Source of the DNA: an archaeon
Lineage (GTDB): Archaea > Nanobdellota > Nanobdellia > Woesearchaeales > JBDRAZ01
DNA: 64,000 nucleotides
NCBI GenBank assembly: GCA_043823195.1
Contig: JBDRAZ010000103.1
Coordinates: 42,038-106,037, forward strand
Direction of reading: 5' to 3'
The position numbers and the translations under genes are program-made. A model generated the notes under the pieces. It saw nothing but the letters and a program-made list of their open reading frames with translations, searched no databases and had not been told where the DNA came from. This document shows positions 1 to 9,994 of the stretch, in pieces (position 1 is the first letter of the stretch; every line of letters starts with the position of its first letter).

Positions 1-318
1 CACGCCGAGGGCATGATGGGCGGAGAGCTCAAGCACGGGACAATTGCCCTTGTCGAAAAGGGAACGCCGATTATTGCGCTCATTCCAAACCACTGCCCGG
101 ATATGGTATCCAATGCCAAAGAGGTTGAGGCAAGGGGGGCAGACGTCATAGTCATCTCAAATGTGAATGGGGACTTCACAGTGCCTCCCTGTGACAATGC
201 AGAGTTCGCAATATACGCATGCATCATCGGCCATCTTCTGAGCTATTACATAGCAAAGCTGAGAAAGCTTCCCATCGACAAGCCGAGAAACCTTGCAAAG
301 AGCGTGACCGTGAAGTGA
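1..318 (+). CDS. glmS: glutamine--fructose-6-phosphate aminotransferase, C-terminal SIS-domain fragment (5' end lies outside the window)
   Basis: Frame 1 reads [24 protein letters not shown]...LAKSVTVK, matching the conserved GlmS C-terminus (..HAEGYAAGELKHGPLALID.., ends ..VTVE). Confidence 0.6.
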   Translation, partial: HAEGMMGGELKHGTIALVEKGTPIIALIPNHCPDMVSNAKEVEARGADVIVISNVNGDFTVPPCDNAEFAIYACIIGHLLSYYIAKLRKLPIDKPRNLAKSVTVK

Positions 319-354
319 GCCGGATATCTGAAGAATTCTCCAGCCATATTAATC

Positions 355-1224
355 TCAGCGCAGCATCCTTTTGTATGTGTGCCTGAGGTTCTTTGCAATA
401 ACGGGATTCCTGAATGTGATAAATTTCACATCGCAGGTGGCATGGACTATCTTGGCGACCTCTTTCATGCTCATCTCCTGTGTGCTTTTGTAGGTGACGT
501 AGAATCTCCTCAGTTCCTCAACGACACTCTTTGGGTATTTCACCTGAATGACTGTATCGCCAAGTATATTGACATCGACGAAATCGTCAATGGCATCCAT
601 CTCCCTGCCTGAAGACAGTTTAACGTGCACGCCAACCTCCCCGTAGAGTTTGGCACTCCATCTGTTTAGGGGAAGGTCCAGCGGGAATATGTGGTGGCAC
701 GATATCCCTTTTGACAGCAGGTGGCTGTAGAGCCTGGTTTCTCTCCCCAGGTTTATCAGGTACCACCAATGGTAATAGCAGTACCCGACAAACTCTTTAT
801 CCTCGTTCTCACCTATATGATCGGCCCAGTACCACATCATATCCCCCCAGAAATTATCCACCTCAAGGAGCGTGCTGAATGTGTAGACAGCATAATTCTC
901 TCTGCCGAGGCTGGCTGTGAAGGAGGAAACATGCTTGCCGTCCGAATACTTGGCAAGAAGTGTGTCGAAATAGCCCTTAACCTCCAGGATCCACTCTTTC
1001 TTTATGCTGTACTTGCGTCCCTCTTTTCGCAGCACGCCCTGGCCTGCGAGTGCCCGCACTGCCTTTCTTACTGCCTGGTATGTCATAGCCGTATTATATT
1101 GCCTGTGGACCCGGTTCATCAGTTCAATGATTGAAAGTGGCTGTTCCAGGGTCAGTATGCTGAATACCAGATCCTTTGCATTTCCTTCCTCCCTGTGCAT
1201 CTGGGGGATGCTTATGTTCAGCAT
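355..1224 (-). CDS. hypothetical protein, possible N-terminal winged-helix DNA-binding domain
   Basis: Long ORF of 289 aa. The N-terminus resembles a wHTH (..LMNRVHRQYNTAMTYQAVRKAVRALAGQGVL..). A divergent TATA-like AT box lies in the 1225-1316 spacer. Confidence 0.4.
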   Translation of the reverse strand: MLNISIPQMHREEGNAKDLVFSILTLEQPLSIIELMNRVHRQYNTAMTYQAVRKAVRALAGQGVLRKEGRKYSIKKEWILEVKGYFDTLLAKYSDGKHVSSFTASLGRENYAVYTFSTLLEVDNFWGDMMWYWADHIGENEDKEFVGYCYYHWWYLINLGRETRLYSHLLSKGISCHHIFPLDLPLNRWSAKLYGEVGVHVKLSSGREMDAIDDFVDVNILGDTVIQVKYPKSVVEELRRFYVTYKSTQEMSMKEVAKIVHATCDVKFITFRNPVIAKNLRHTYKRMLR

Positions 1225-1316
1225 AATGTGAGACTTATCTTTAATTATTTAAACCTTTTGGCACCATAAAAATTGAACCCAAATTATATATAATTGTAGT
1301 CACTTCAAAGTAATTA

Positions 1317-2336
1317 ATGAATCGAGCAAATCGCAACCAGGCCTGGATGGACCTTTCAAAGAACACCTTCAACTGGGAACATCATCCGGATGTATTGCAT
1401 TATGATAAACACCAGGTTGATCCGCGCAGCTATAACTTTGAGCCGGCCTTTGTCTCTGCCATTGCCGACAACATGGGCCTTAGCAGGCACCATGTCCAGT
1501 ATGCAAGCGGGGGCGCATATTCCCTGCTGCGGGACCTCCTGATATGGGTTGCACCGGGCAAACTGGTACTCATGTCACCTTTTTGGGACCAATATCTGCT
1601 CGGGTTGGCTGCTCCGCTCCGGATCCCGGTGGAATCGACTGAGGATCTATTTGGCATGTGCCCTGAGGACAAACTGTCTGCAGTGGAAAAAAAGCTATGT
1701 GGGAATGATGCGGCAATCATCTGCAGCCCCAACAATCCCACTGGCGAGGTTATTTCACTGGATAAAATAATCTCTCTTGCAGAGGCACACCCCGATACTT
1801 CTTTTCTTATTGATGAGGCTTATATGGAGTTCCAGTGGCTTGGTGCTGGGCTAGATGCGGATGCATCTCTTCAGAGGATACTCGATCATAACCGAAAAAT
1901 TGACCGCCTGGTCGGTGAACGCCCCAATATGGTCTTCATCAGATCAACATCGAAGTTTTATGGCCTGGCTGGCTGCGTGGGCTATGCTGTTTTGCAGAAG
2001 CCAACAAACCCCTATCTTGGCTTATATTCCCGTGCAGATGCTGATGCAGAGGCAGCCATTATTCATTCCCCTTATTACGCGGAAACGGGGGTAAAGACGG
2101 TCCGTAACCGTAATGAACTGGATGCAACACTGAATGACGCCGGATTTAAGGTGCGGGAGTCGCACGCGAATTTCTCATACCTGCGCAGTGATGTGGGGCA
2201 TCTGTCAGGATTGAGAAGGGAGATGGAAGCCAGGCACATCCTGATTAAATACATGGGAAATGCAGTCAGGATAACTGCCCCTAACGACCAGCAAAAGCCG
2301 TACCTTTTTGACGCAATCCAATCGGCAGGCGGATAA
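1317..2336 (+). CDS. class I/II PLP-dependent aminotransferase, HisC/CobD-like
   Basis: Motifs ICSPNNPTGEV, LIDEAYMEF and STSKFYGLAG (Lys for PLP). TATA box aaattatatataatt lies about 25 nt upstream. Confidence 0.6.
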   Translation: MNRANRNQAWMDLSKNTFNWEHHPDVLHYDKHQVDPRSYNFEPAFVSAIADNMGLSRHHVQYASGGAYSLLRDLLIWVAPGKLVLMSPFWDQYLLGLAAPLRIPVESTEDLFGMCPEDKLSAVEKKLCGNDAAIICSPNNPTGEVISLDKIISLAEAHPDTSFLIDEAYMEFQWLGAGLDADASLQRILDHNRKIDRLVGERPNMVFIRSTSKFYGLAGCVGYAVLQKPTNPYLGLYSRADADAEAAIIHSPYYAETGVKTVRNRNELDATLNDAGFKVRESHANFSYLRSDVGHLSGLRREMEARHILIKYMGNAVRITAPNDQQKPYLFDAIQSAGG

Positions 2337-2338
2337 CC

Positions 2339-3091
2339 TTGAAAATATTCAATGAACTTGCTGATCTTTACCCGCTATGGAGGTCAGCACTGCAGGGAAA
2401 GAACGGGGACGAATTTGACCAGGCAGACTATCTCTATGGTATTTTATCAGAACCCCCGTCACGAATCAGATCAGTAATTGACCTGGGCGGCGGGCACGGA
2501 CACCATGCATGCCCGCTCTCAGACAAGGGTTTAGATATGACGGTATTTGACCAGTCGGGATCTGCACTGGATATGGTCAAAAAAAATAATCCCGGCATTA
2601 CCACAAGGCTCGGTTCCTTTGAAACAATTGAAGACAACGAAAGTTATGATGCGGCAATCTGCATGTGGTCGACGGCAAATTATATAATGGCCCCCCGGGA
2701 CAGGGAGCACTTCTATGGATGGGTTGATGATCATATAGGCGCGGTATTTATTCTGGACCAGCCAAATTTTGCCAGATATCCGGAGACATTCAGCTGCGAA
2801 TACGCTGTTGAGGATGAAAGGTACAGTCTGCATATACAGCGCAGGTGGCATCTTGGCAGTGACCTCATCAGGAGAACAGAATACGCATACAACATAACAT
2901 ATAAGGAGACTGGCACGAGGATAGCCGCAACCGATCGGGAACTTCAGCAGTTTCTGACCCTTGACGGGATTGAAGTTCTTTTGGGCCGGAATTGGACGCT
3001 GAAATATCTCAACGGCAATTACAGTTCCGGGGAAGCATATGATCCCAAGACTTCGACCAGGATGATTGCTGTTTTTCAGAGGATTGCATGA
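2339..3091 (+). CDS. class I SAM-dependent methyltransferase (TTG start)
   Basis: Motif VIDLGGGHGHHACPLSDKGLDMTVFDQS fits the G-x-G-x-G SAM-binding fold. It follows the upstream gene's stop by 2 nt. Confidence 0.55.
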   Translation: MKIFNELADLYPLWRSALQGKNGDEFDQADYLYGILSEPPSRIRSVIDLGGGHGHHACPLSDKGLDMTVFDQSGSALDMVKKNNPGITTRLGSFETIEDNESYDAAICMWSTANYIMAPRDREHFYGWVDDHIGAVFILDQPNFARYPETFSCEYAVEDERYSLHIQRRWHLGSDLIRRTEYAYNITYKETGTRIAATDRELQQFLTLDGIEVLLGRNWTLKYLNGNYSSGEAYDPKTSTRMIAVFQRIA

Positions 3092-3130
3092 GGCCGGTTT
3101 TATCCGGGGTACATGATTGCATCATCCGGT

Positions 3131-3808
3131 TCACTTTGTCAACCTGACTATAGAAAGGTATGTCTCAAACCGCTGGCCATCTCTCAGGCTGAAGCGCCCC
3201 TCATCCTTTGGCATAAAGAATGTCTGGCCGTCAGAGATATACCGCCCAGAGCCATCCTCAAGCAGCGCCTGATACGGCAGGCCATTCAGGCTGTGTTCCA
3301 CACCGTCGAGAATAAAGGGTTTGTCCGGGAAGATTGAGCCGGCCTCTCTGTAGGCAATCTGGTATCTGGTCGGTTCCGGAACAGCCAGCTCTCCGTTGGG
3401 CGTCCCGATGATGCTGCGCGGCACATTATCTTCAGCATCCGCTGTCCAGTCATCAATAAATTCCCTTGTGTGGTAAAGGACGAATCTGAGCTGTTCCAAT
3501 ATCTGCTCCGGCGGCAGGATGGCTCCCGGGAGTGCCAGATTAATGATCTGGGACAGCGGCATTACACTATCGAAAGGTTCAGGCATGAGGACATGCCCGT
3601 GGAAAAAATCATCTTCGGAAAGCCTGTAAGCATATCCCCCCTCAAGGATATTCTGCACATGCGCCTGCACAAGCTCCCCCAGGTTTAATGGGGCTGGAAT
3701 CAGATAATACCCTTCAGGAATCCTGTCAGGTCCGAATATCCTTTCAACAACGTAATTCGGAATTGCTTCATATCCGCAGACCTGTACCGTGTTGCTCATT
3801 ATCCGCAA
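3131..3808 (-). CDS. hypothetical protein
   Basis: 225-aa ORF with no recognisable motif. It lies tail-to-tail and head-to-tail with its neighbouring genes. Confidence 0.35.
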   Translation of the reverse strand: MRIMSNTVQVCGYEAIPNYVVERIFGPDRIPEGYYLIPAPLNLGELVQAHVQNILEGGYAYRLSEDDFFHGHVLMPEPFDSVMPLSQIINLALPGAILPPEQILEQLRFVLYHTREFIDDWTADAEDNVPRSIIGTPNGELAVPEPTRYQIAYREAGSIFPDKPFILDGVEHSLNGLPYQALLEDGSGRYISDGQTFFMPKDEGRFSLRDGQRFETYLSIVRLTK

Positions 3809-3844
3809 AAAATCCTCTTCTTGATCGCTCCTGAAATAAGAATC

Positions 3845-5227
3845 CTACGCCCTGAAATTATCCGGGATGTGCAGCCCCTTGCCTATTGTCACAAGGCCGT
3901 CAGGGTCAACATTGACGTGGACACCATCTTGATAGCCAATACCTTCGAATGCCTGGATCCGTCTCTCGTACCGGAGTCCGTTTGCTGGAGTTATCGAGAC
4001 GCCGTGTCCAATTCTGACATTCTTGTCTGTTATTACATTCTCGAGAGTTACGCCCCTTCCGATATACTGGACAGGTCTGATCGGGCCATTGGGTCCCACT
4101 TCATTCCTGTCAGCTCCGTTCAGGATGCTTCTCTTGATGACGGTCGGGTGGTCCGCATCGGTGTCTTCAGTGAACACCTGGTAGCCCAGGACAGAAAACT
4201 CTACGGTGACGTTTTCTCCTATCATTGTGCCCGGGCTCTTCATGCTCCTTATTAGGGTTCCGTATACCTGCATATCGGACAGTTGCCTCGCTCTGGAAGT
4301 TATCAGGCCTGCATGAAATACCTCCTCACCAAATGCCCTGTCCTCCAGGGCCCGCATATGCAGCCCGTGATACGCGTGGCGTTCCCCGATATCGCACCAG
4401 ACTCCATCAAAAGGGACAGCATAAAGCCTGTGAGTCTTAATCATTTTGGGGATTACATGTTTTCCGAAATCAGTATAGCCATCTAAAAATGCGTACTCTC
4501 TTAGCGGCTCCTTCATGAATAGGTATACGCCCATTGACCCAAGAAAGACCCTGCCATCCCTTTCTATCCCCATAGAATCCTTCATCTCATCGGTGAGCAC
4601 CAGTCTCTCCAGCTCCTCTTCGGTCTGCGGCTTCTCGACGAATTTGATGATCCTGCCGCTTTTGTTCACCCGCATAATGCCGAATCGTTTCGCATCTTCC
4701 TCGCCCACAGGGTAGACGAATATGGCACCATGTGCAGGCCTGGAACTTGTGCTATGGCGGTTTATGCCGTCGATGAGTTGCCTGTAGTTTGCGCGGTATA
4801 CGTGATCGGTTGTCGCTACCAGTACGGCTGTGTGGCCGCGGTCGAAGATATAGTCCCATTTTTGCGTGAGGGGCCGGACAGTACCGCTCCATGCTTCAAT
4901 TTTGTCAGATTCATTTGTCTGGACAGGATACTCCATATGGAGCCTCATGTCCCGGTCACTAAAACCCCATGCCTCTCCTGTTCCCACGTGGCGGTGCAAT
5001 GAGCGGGGATTCCACTGGAGCATCAGGTAGGTGTCGGTAGCTTGGCCCTCGCCTGCTCTGTTGGTCTCTGAAATATTTGTCAGGGGGTAATCGACTAATC
5101 GGAACTTGCCCCCCACTGCCACAGCTCCCTTTGTTCGCTTTGCATATTGTGTCATAACACCCAGTCTTGTGCTTCTTCCGCCACCCAGCAATACATTGAC
5201 GACCTGGTTTATTGTGAGCTTACCCAT
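3845..5227 (-). CDS. sugar-1-phosphate adenylyltransferase, GlgC/ADP-glucose pyrophosphorylase family
   Basis: N-terminal LLGGGRSTRL..AKRTKGAVAVGGKFRLVDYPLTN matches the GlgC (G)GxGTRL..KRAKPAV.FGGK.RIIDF..SN signature. The C-terminus is a left-handed beta-helix of hexapeptide repeats. Confidence 0.6.
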   Translation of the reverse strand: MGKLTINQVVNVLLGGGRSTRLGVMTQYAKRTKGAVAVGGKFRLVDYPLTNISETNRAGEGQATDTYLMLQWNPRSLHRHVGTGEAWGFSDRDMRLHMEYPVQTNESDKIEAWSGTVRPLTQKWDYIFDRGHTAVLVATTDHVYRANYRQLIDGINRHSTSSRPAHGAIFVYPVGEEDAKRFGIMRVNKSGRIIKFVEKPQTEEELERLVLTDEMKDSMGIERDGRVFLGSMGVYLFMKEPLREYAFLDGYTDFGKHVIPKMIKTHRLYAVPFDGVWCDIGERHAYHGLHMRALEDRAFGEEVFHAGLITSRARQLSDMQVYGTLIRSMKSPGTMIGENVTVEFSVLGYQVFTEDTDADHPTVIKRSILNGADRNEVGPNGPIRPVQYIGRGVTLENVITDKNVRIGHGVSITPANGLRYERRIQAFEGIGYQDGVHVNVDPDGLVTIGKGLHIPDNFRA

Positions 5228-5367
5228 CCGTGAACAAAAGTGACCTCATTATTTAAATGTTACTATTTTACGGTGGTAGTTAACTATCTTTTTATGCTAA
5301 ATGTCCGGCATATCGCGAACCGCAAAACTTATTAGAGACTTCCAAAACACATGCGGAGGGTGGTAAG

Positions 5368-6522
5368 ATGTTGTCTACAAAACTGAGTCAGATTGAGCCC
5401 AGTGCAACGCTGGCAATTACTGCAAAGGCAAAGCAGATGAAAAAAGAGGGCAAGGATGTCGTTGCCTTCGGTGCAGGCGAGCCGGACTTTGACACCCCAG
5501 ATAACATCAAGCAGGCTGCAATAAAGGCCATCAATGACGGCTTTACCAAGTATACTCCTGCAAGCGGCATAAACGAGCTGAAGGACGCGATTGTCGAAAA
5601 ATTCCGTAAAGACAACGGGATTGAATACAGGCGTGAGAACGTGATGGTGTCCTGCGGCGCAAAGCACATCCTCTATAACGCAACCCTGGCAACTGTAAAC
5701 GAAGGTGACGAAGTAATTCTGCCAAGCCCCTACTGGGTAACCTTTATTGAGCAGATCAGGCTTGCCGGCGGAAAGCCAGTGGTTGTTGACACCGGTTCAG
5801 GCTTCAAGTTCACGGCAGCGATGTTCAAGAAGCACGTGACAGGCAGGACAAAGCTACTGATATTCAACTCCCCGAACAACCCCACGGGCGCGATTGTTGA
5901 CCGCGATGAGCTGGAAAAGATTGCCAAAATCGCCGTGGAAAACAAGATCTATGTCATTTCAGACGAGTGCTATGAGAAGCTCATATATGATGGCAACGAG
6001 CACGTCAGCATTGCATCGCTCAACAACAGCATAAGGGAGCTGACTATCACGGTGAATGCAGTGTCAAAGGCGTATTCAATGACAGGCTGGCGCATTGGCT
6101 ACTGTGCTGGGCCCGTCGACCTGATAAAGGGCATGGGGGGCCTGCAGGACCACTGCACAAGCAATCCAACGTCAATTGCCCAGATGGCTGCTCTCGAGGC
6201 ACTGACCGGTCCGCAGGATTCAGTCGGGGTAATGGCAAAGGCATTTGATGAGCGGAGAAAATACATGGTCATGCGCCTTAACCGGATGAAGGGCATAACA
6301 TGCAACACGCCCGAGGGCGCATTCTATGCATTTCCCGATGTAAGCGCAACAGGCCTTTCCTCAGCCGAGTTCTGCGCAAGACTCCTGGAGCAGGAGCTTG
6401 TTGCGGCTGTGCCGGGCGCCGCCTTCGGCGATGACAAATGCATACGCCTGAGCTATGCGACCTCCATGAAGGAGATTGGGCGCGGCATGGATCGGATGGA
6501 GAAATTTGCCGCAAATCTTTAA
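5368..6522 (+). CDS. aspartate/aromatic aminotransferase (class I)
   Basis: Motifs GAGEPDFDTP, NSPNNPTGA and SKAYSMTGWRIGY. A GGAGGGTGG ribosome-binding site lies 6 nt upstream. Confidence 0.75.
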   Translation: MLSTKLSQIEPSATLAITAKAKQMKKEGKDVVAFGAGEPDFDTPDNIKQAAIKAINDGFTKYTPASGINELKDAIVEKFRKDNGIEYRRENVMVSCGAKHILYNATLATVNEGDEVILPSPYWVTFIEQIRLAGGKPVVVDTGSGFKFTAAMFKKHVTGRTKLLIFNSPNNPTGAIVDRDELEKIAKIAVENKIYVISDECYEKLIYDGNEHVSIASLNNSIRELTITVNAVSKAYSMTGWRIGYCAGPVDLIKGMGGLQDHCTSNPTSIAQMAALEALTGPQDSVGVMAKAFDERRKYMVMRLNRMKGITCNTPEGAFYAFPDVSATGLSSAEFCARLLEQELVAAVPGAAFGDDKCIRLSYATSMKEIGRGMDRMEKFAANL

Positions 6523-6523
6523 T

Positions 6524-6575
6524 TTATTACGAAATTCGTAATAATTTATCTCTTTTTTCTTCAAAATTCGTAAGA
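6524..6575. promoter_or_regulatory. perfect 10-bp inverted repeat TTATTACGAA-A-TTCGTAATAA (6524-6544) plus a third half-site AAATTCGTAAG (6563-6573) next to the lrp TATA box; candidate Lrp operator
   Basis: Read directly from the sequence. The half-site GAAATTCGTAATAA is reiterated as AAAATTCGTAAGAT just 5' of the TATA box. Confidence 0.4.
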
Positions 6576-6576
6576 T

Positions 6577-6586
6577 TTATATAATA
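6577..6586 (+). promoter_or_regulatory. TATA box (tttatataat) about 25 nt upstream of the lrp ATG, implying a leaderless transcript
   Basis: AT-rich box at the canonical archaeal -26 position relative to the start codon. Confidence 0.4.
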
Positions 6587-6605
6587 TTCCGTTTCTCAGC
6601 CGTTT

Positions 6606-7013
6606 ATGGATCCGGTTGACCAGCAGATACTGAGGCTTCTTGAGGAAAACTCGAGGATTGCAAACAATGAGATTGCCCAGGTAATCGGAGTATCTGAGGG
6701 GACCGTACGAAACCGGATATCGAGGCTTCTGGAAGAAGGGACCATTAGGCGCTTTACAGTGCAGCTCCGCGACCGCATAAGCGCACTGTGCTTTATCAAG
6801 CTCAGCACCAGGATAAGGACAGCCGAATTCGCAGATGTGCTAAAGAAAATGAATCCTGCAATCTCAAACATCTGCCATATAACCGGCGATTTCAGCGTGT
6901 CCTGCAACCTTGATACCCGGACAATTGAAGAGAGCGATGACATCATCGAGTGCATAAGGGACATCCCCGGGGTCCTTAAGACCCAGACCATTACAATTCT
7001 GAAGAAATACTGA
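6606..7013 (+). CDS. lrp: Lrp/AsnC family transcriptional regulator
   Basis: N-terminal HTH DQQILRLLEENSRIANNEIAQVIGVSEGTVRNRISRL, then a RAM-type C-terminal domain. Confidence 0.8.
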   Translation: MDPVDQQILRLLEENSRIANNEIAQVIGVSEGTVRNRISRLLEEGTIRRFTVQLRDRISALCFIKLSTRIRTAEFADVLKKMNPAISNICHITGDFSVSCNLDTRTIEESDDIIECIRDIPGVLKTQTITILKKY

Positions 7014-7022
7014 GGTGCATAA

Positions 7023-8870
7023 ATGACGGCTATTGATGAAACCAACATGACAAAGCTAAAGGAACTGAACAATCCGCGTGTGATAGAAATCGTGGAGCAG
7101 TATGTCAAGCTATGCAATCCGGATGCAGTCAAGGTCCTGACTGATTCGGCTGAGGATATTGAGTACATCAGGCAGAAGGCAATCAGCAATGGGGAAGAGG
7201 CAAGGCTTAAGACAGAGGGCCACACCATCCACTTTGACGGCCCTGATGACCAGGGCAGGGACCTCATAAACACCAGGGTTCTTGTGCCAAAGGGGGTAAC
7301 GCTTTCTAAGGCAATACAGACCATTGACAGGGATGAAGGCCTGCGGGAGGTTTTCTCTCTCCTTGACGGTATCATGAAGGGAAGGGAGATGTTTGTTAAG
7401 TTCTACTGCCTTGGCCCGGAGGCGTCAGCCTTCTCAATTCCTGCACTGCAATTGACTGATTCAGCCTACGTTGTCCACAGCGAGGACATCCTGTACCGGC
7501 AGGGCTACCGGGAATTCCAGCGCCTGGGCGGCTCAGGCAATTTCTTCCACTTTATCCATTCCGCCGGAAGAACTGAAAACAGCGTAAGCGTTGATGTTGG
7601 CAAGAGGCGCGTCTACATGGATCTTGAGGAGGAGCGTGTCATAACGATAAACAACCAGTACGCAGGCAACAGTGTCGGCCTGAAGAAGCTGTCCCTCCGC
7701 CTGGCGATAAGCAAGGCGAATAAAGAGGACTGGCTCTGCGAGCACATGTTTGTGATGGGTGTCAGGCCCGAGGGAAAAGACAGGATAACCTACTTTACCG
7801 GGGCGTTTCCCACAGCATGCGGAAAGACCAGCACGGCAATGGTTCCCGGCCAGACCATTGTCGGGGATGACATAGCATATATACGGCCCGATGAAGAGGG
7901 CGTTCCCAGGGCGGTGAATGTTGAGCAGGGAATCTTCGGGATAATCGCGGACATTAATCCGGAAGACGACGCCCTTATCTACAGGGCGCTGGCAACGCCA
8001 AGGGAGCTTATTTTTTCAAACGTGCTGGTAACAGAAGGCAGGCCCTACTGGCAGGGAATGGGGTCCGATATACCCGGCAGCGGAATTAATTTTTCAGGGA
8101 AATGGGCAAAGGGCAAGACCGATAAAGCCGGCAATGAGGTCCCGTTTGCCCATAAGAATGCCAGGTACACGATACGCATCAATGACCTGGACAATGCAGA
8201 CAGCTTGGCTGACGATCCGAACGGCGTTCCTGTGTCAGGGTTCATCTACGGGGGCAGGGATTCAGACACCTCTGTCCCGGTTGCACAGTCGCTTTCATGG
8301 CCGCACGGGGTGTTTGTGGGTGCTGCGCTTGAATCAGAGACAGTGACCGGCACGACAGACAAGGCAGGCATGCGGAAGCACAACCCCATGTCAAACATCG
8401 AGTTTCTTACTGTGCCGCTGGGCGTATACATCAAGAACCACCTGAAATTTGGCGAGGATGTAAGCAAGCAGCCCCTGATCTTTGCCACCAATTATTTCAT
8501 AAAAGAGAACGGCAGGTTCCTGAACCAGAAAGTTGATAAGAAGGTCTGGCTCCTCTGGATGGAGGGCCGTGTGCATCAGGAGTACGATGCCATTGAAACG
8601 CCGATCGGCCTTATCCCGAAATATGATGACTTAAAAGGGCTTTTTGCGCAGGTATTTGGCAGGGAATACAGCAAAGGGGAATACGAGAAGCAGTTCTCCA
8701 TCAGGGTTCCCAACTATCTGGACAAGCTTGACCGGATTGAGGAAATCTACAGCGTTGAGGAAGACATCCCCGGGATATTCCATCGGCAGCTTGAGGAGCA
8801 GCGCCGGCGTCTCAGGGATGCAAGGGAGAAATACGCAAAGGACATTATCCCGCCGTGCGATTTTGAGTAA
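7023..8870 (+). CDS. pckG: phosphoenolpyruvate carboxykinase (GTP)
   Basis: 615 aa. Kinase-1a P-loop FPTACGKTS and overall PEPCK-GTP architecture. Confidence 0.85.
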   Translation: MTAIDETNMTKLKELNNPRVIEIVEQYVKLCNPDAVKVLTDSAEDIEYIRQKAISNGEEARLKTEGHTIHFDGPDDQGRDLINTRVLVPKGVTLSKAIQTIDRDEGLREVFSLLDGIMKGREMFVKFYCLGPEASAFSIPALQLTDSAYVVHSEDILYRQGYREFQRLGGSGNFFHFIHSAGRTENSVSVDVGKRRVYMDLEEERVITINNQYAGNSVGLKKLSLRLAISKANKEDWLCEHMFVMGVRPEGKDRITYFTGAFPTACGKTSTAMVPGQTIVGDDIAYIRPDEEGVPRAVNVEQGIFGIIADINPEDDALIYRALATPRELIFSNVLVTEGRPYWQGMGSDIPGSGINFSGKWAKGKTDKAGNEVPFAHKNARYTIRINDLDNADSLADDPNGVPVSGFIYGGRDSDTSVPVAQSLSWPHGVFVGAALESETVTGTTDKAGMRKHNPMSNIEFLTVPLGVYIKNHLKFGEDVSKQPLIFATNYFIKENGRFLNQKVDKKVWLLWMEGRVHQEYDAIETPIGLIPKYDDLKGLFAQVFGREYSKGEYEKQFSIRVPNYLDKLDRIEEIYSVEEDIPGIFHRQLEEQRRRLRDAREKYAKDIIPPCDFE

Positions 8871-8902
8871 ATTTAAATAAGAGCCTCTCTTAAGCGGGCC
8901 CT

Positions 8903-9994
8903 ATGAAAGCATCCCTTACGGCACTGGAGCTCAGCCACGTAGTGAAGGAACTGCAGTTTCTCATCGGCGCCAGGGTGCAGAAGATATACAACCCTGAGAA
9001 AAAGGTATTCATCTTTGACCTCCACGTTCCCTCCAGGGGCCGCGCAATCCTGAAGGCCAATCTTGCAGGGATGATGCATCTTATGGGCGCGAAAGGCTCA
9101 TACGGCGAGCCTTCGGGCTTTTGCATGTTTCTCAGGAGGCGGCTGGCAAATGCCAGGCTGCGGGCCCTGTCCCAGATTGAGTTTGAGCGCATTGTTGAGT
9201 TCTTGTTTGAGACAAAGGATAATTCGTACATTCTGATCATCGAGCTGTTCGGCGGCGGGAATATGATACTCTGCGACAAGGACAGGATCATCCTGTCGCC
9301 TCTCGAAAACCAAAAATGGAAGGGCAGGACAGTGGCTCCGAAAGAGAAGTACGCACATCCGGGCAAGGGCATCAATTTCCTCACCCTGAAAAAGGAAAAT
9401 CTGGATGAGCTGATTAAGGCCTCGAAGCGGGACTCGGTCGTCAAGCTTCTGGCGATGGATCTTGGGCTTGGGGGGGTGTATGCGGAGGAGGCCTGCCTCA
9501 TGTCAGGTGTTGACAAGGGCAGCCTGCCAAAAGAAACAGGAAAGCTCTATGATGCCCTGAAAAAACTGAGAGGCAAAAAGACCAAGGCATTCGTAGTGGA
9601 GAAGGGCGGGGTTGTGGTCGACATAATTCCATTTGATCTGCAGCACTATGACTCTGAAAAAAAGCCATACAGCAGTTATTCAGAGGCGCTCGACAGCATA
9701 TCTGTCGAGACCGCAGCACAGGCCGCACCCGACAAAAAGCATGAAAAGCTCAAGCGGATAATTGAGCGGCAGGAAAGCACCATCATTGACCTGGAAAAAT
9801 CAGTCAGGGAAAACACCGGGAAGGGCGATCTTCTCTACCTGAAATATGCACAGGTCAGGCAGATTCTTGATGACCTGAAACAGGCCAGAATGAAGTATTC
9901 ATGGAAGGAGATAAAGGAAAAGCTCAGGGGCCATAAGGTGGTAAAAGAGATCAACGAAAAAGAGAGGACGATCGTTCTGGATCTAAATGAATAA
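8903..9994 (+). CDS. NFACT-family protein (archaeal Rqc2/RqcH-like, FbpA N-domain)
   Basis: N-terminal MKASLTALELSHVVKELQFLIGARVQKIY..FIFDLH.. is typical of NFACT-N. The short archaeal-type length (363 aa) has a coiled-coil C-terminus. Confidence 0.5.
   Translation: MKASLTALELSHVVKELQFLIGARVQKIYNPEKKVFIFDLHVPSRGRAILKANLAGMMHLMGAKGSYGEPSGFCMFLRRRLANARLRALSQIEFERIVEFLFETKDNSYILIIELFGGGNMILCDKDRIILSPLENQKWKGRTVAPKEKYAHPGKGINFLTLKKENLDELIKASKRDSVVKLLAMDLGLGGVYAEEACLMSGVDKGSLPKETGKLYDALKKLRGKKTKAFVVEKGGVVVDIIPFDLQHYDSEKKPYSSYSEALDSISVETAAQAAPDKKHEKLKRIIERQESTIIDLEKSVRENTGKGDLLYLKYAQVRQILDDLKQARMKYSWKEIKEKLRGHKVVKEINEKERTIVLDLNE

Noticed and set aside
6596-7375. Antisense ORF (259 aa) overlapping lrp and pckG, and similar long antisense ORFs at 12477-13576, 14940-16566, 36368-36919, 48197-49083
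   Set aside because: They lie opposite strongly supported genes, have low-complexity Ser/Pro/Arg-rich composition and no ribosome-binding site or promoter. They are shadow ORFs typical of GC-rich DNA.
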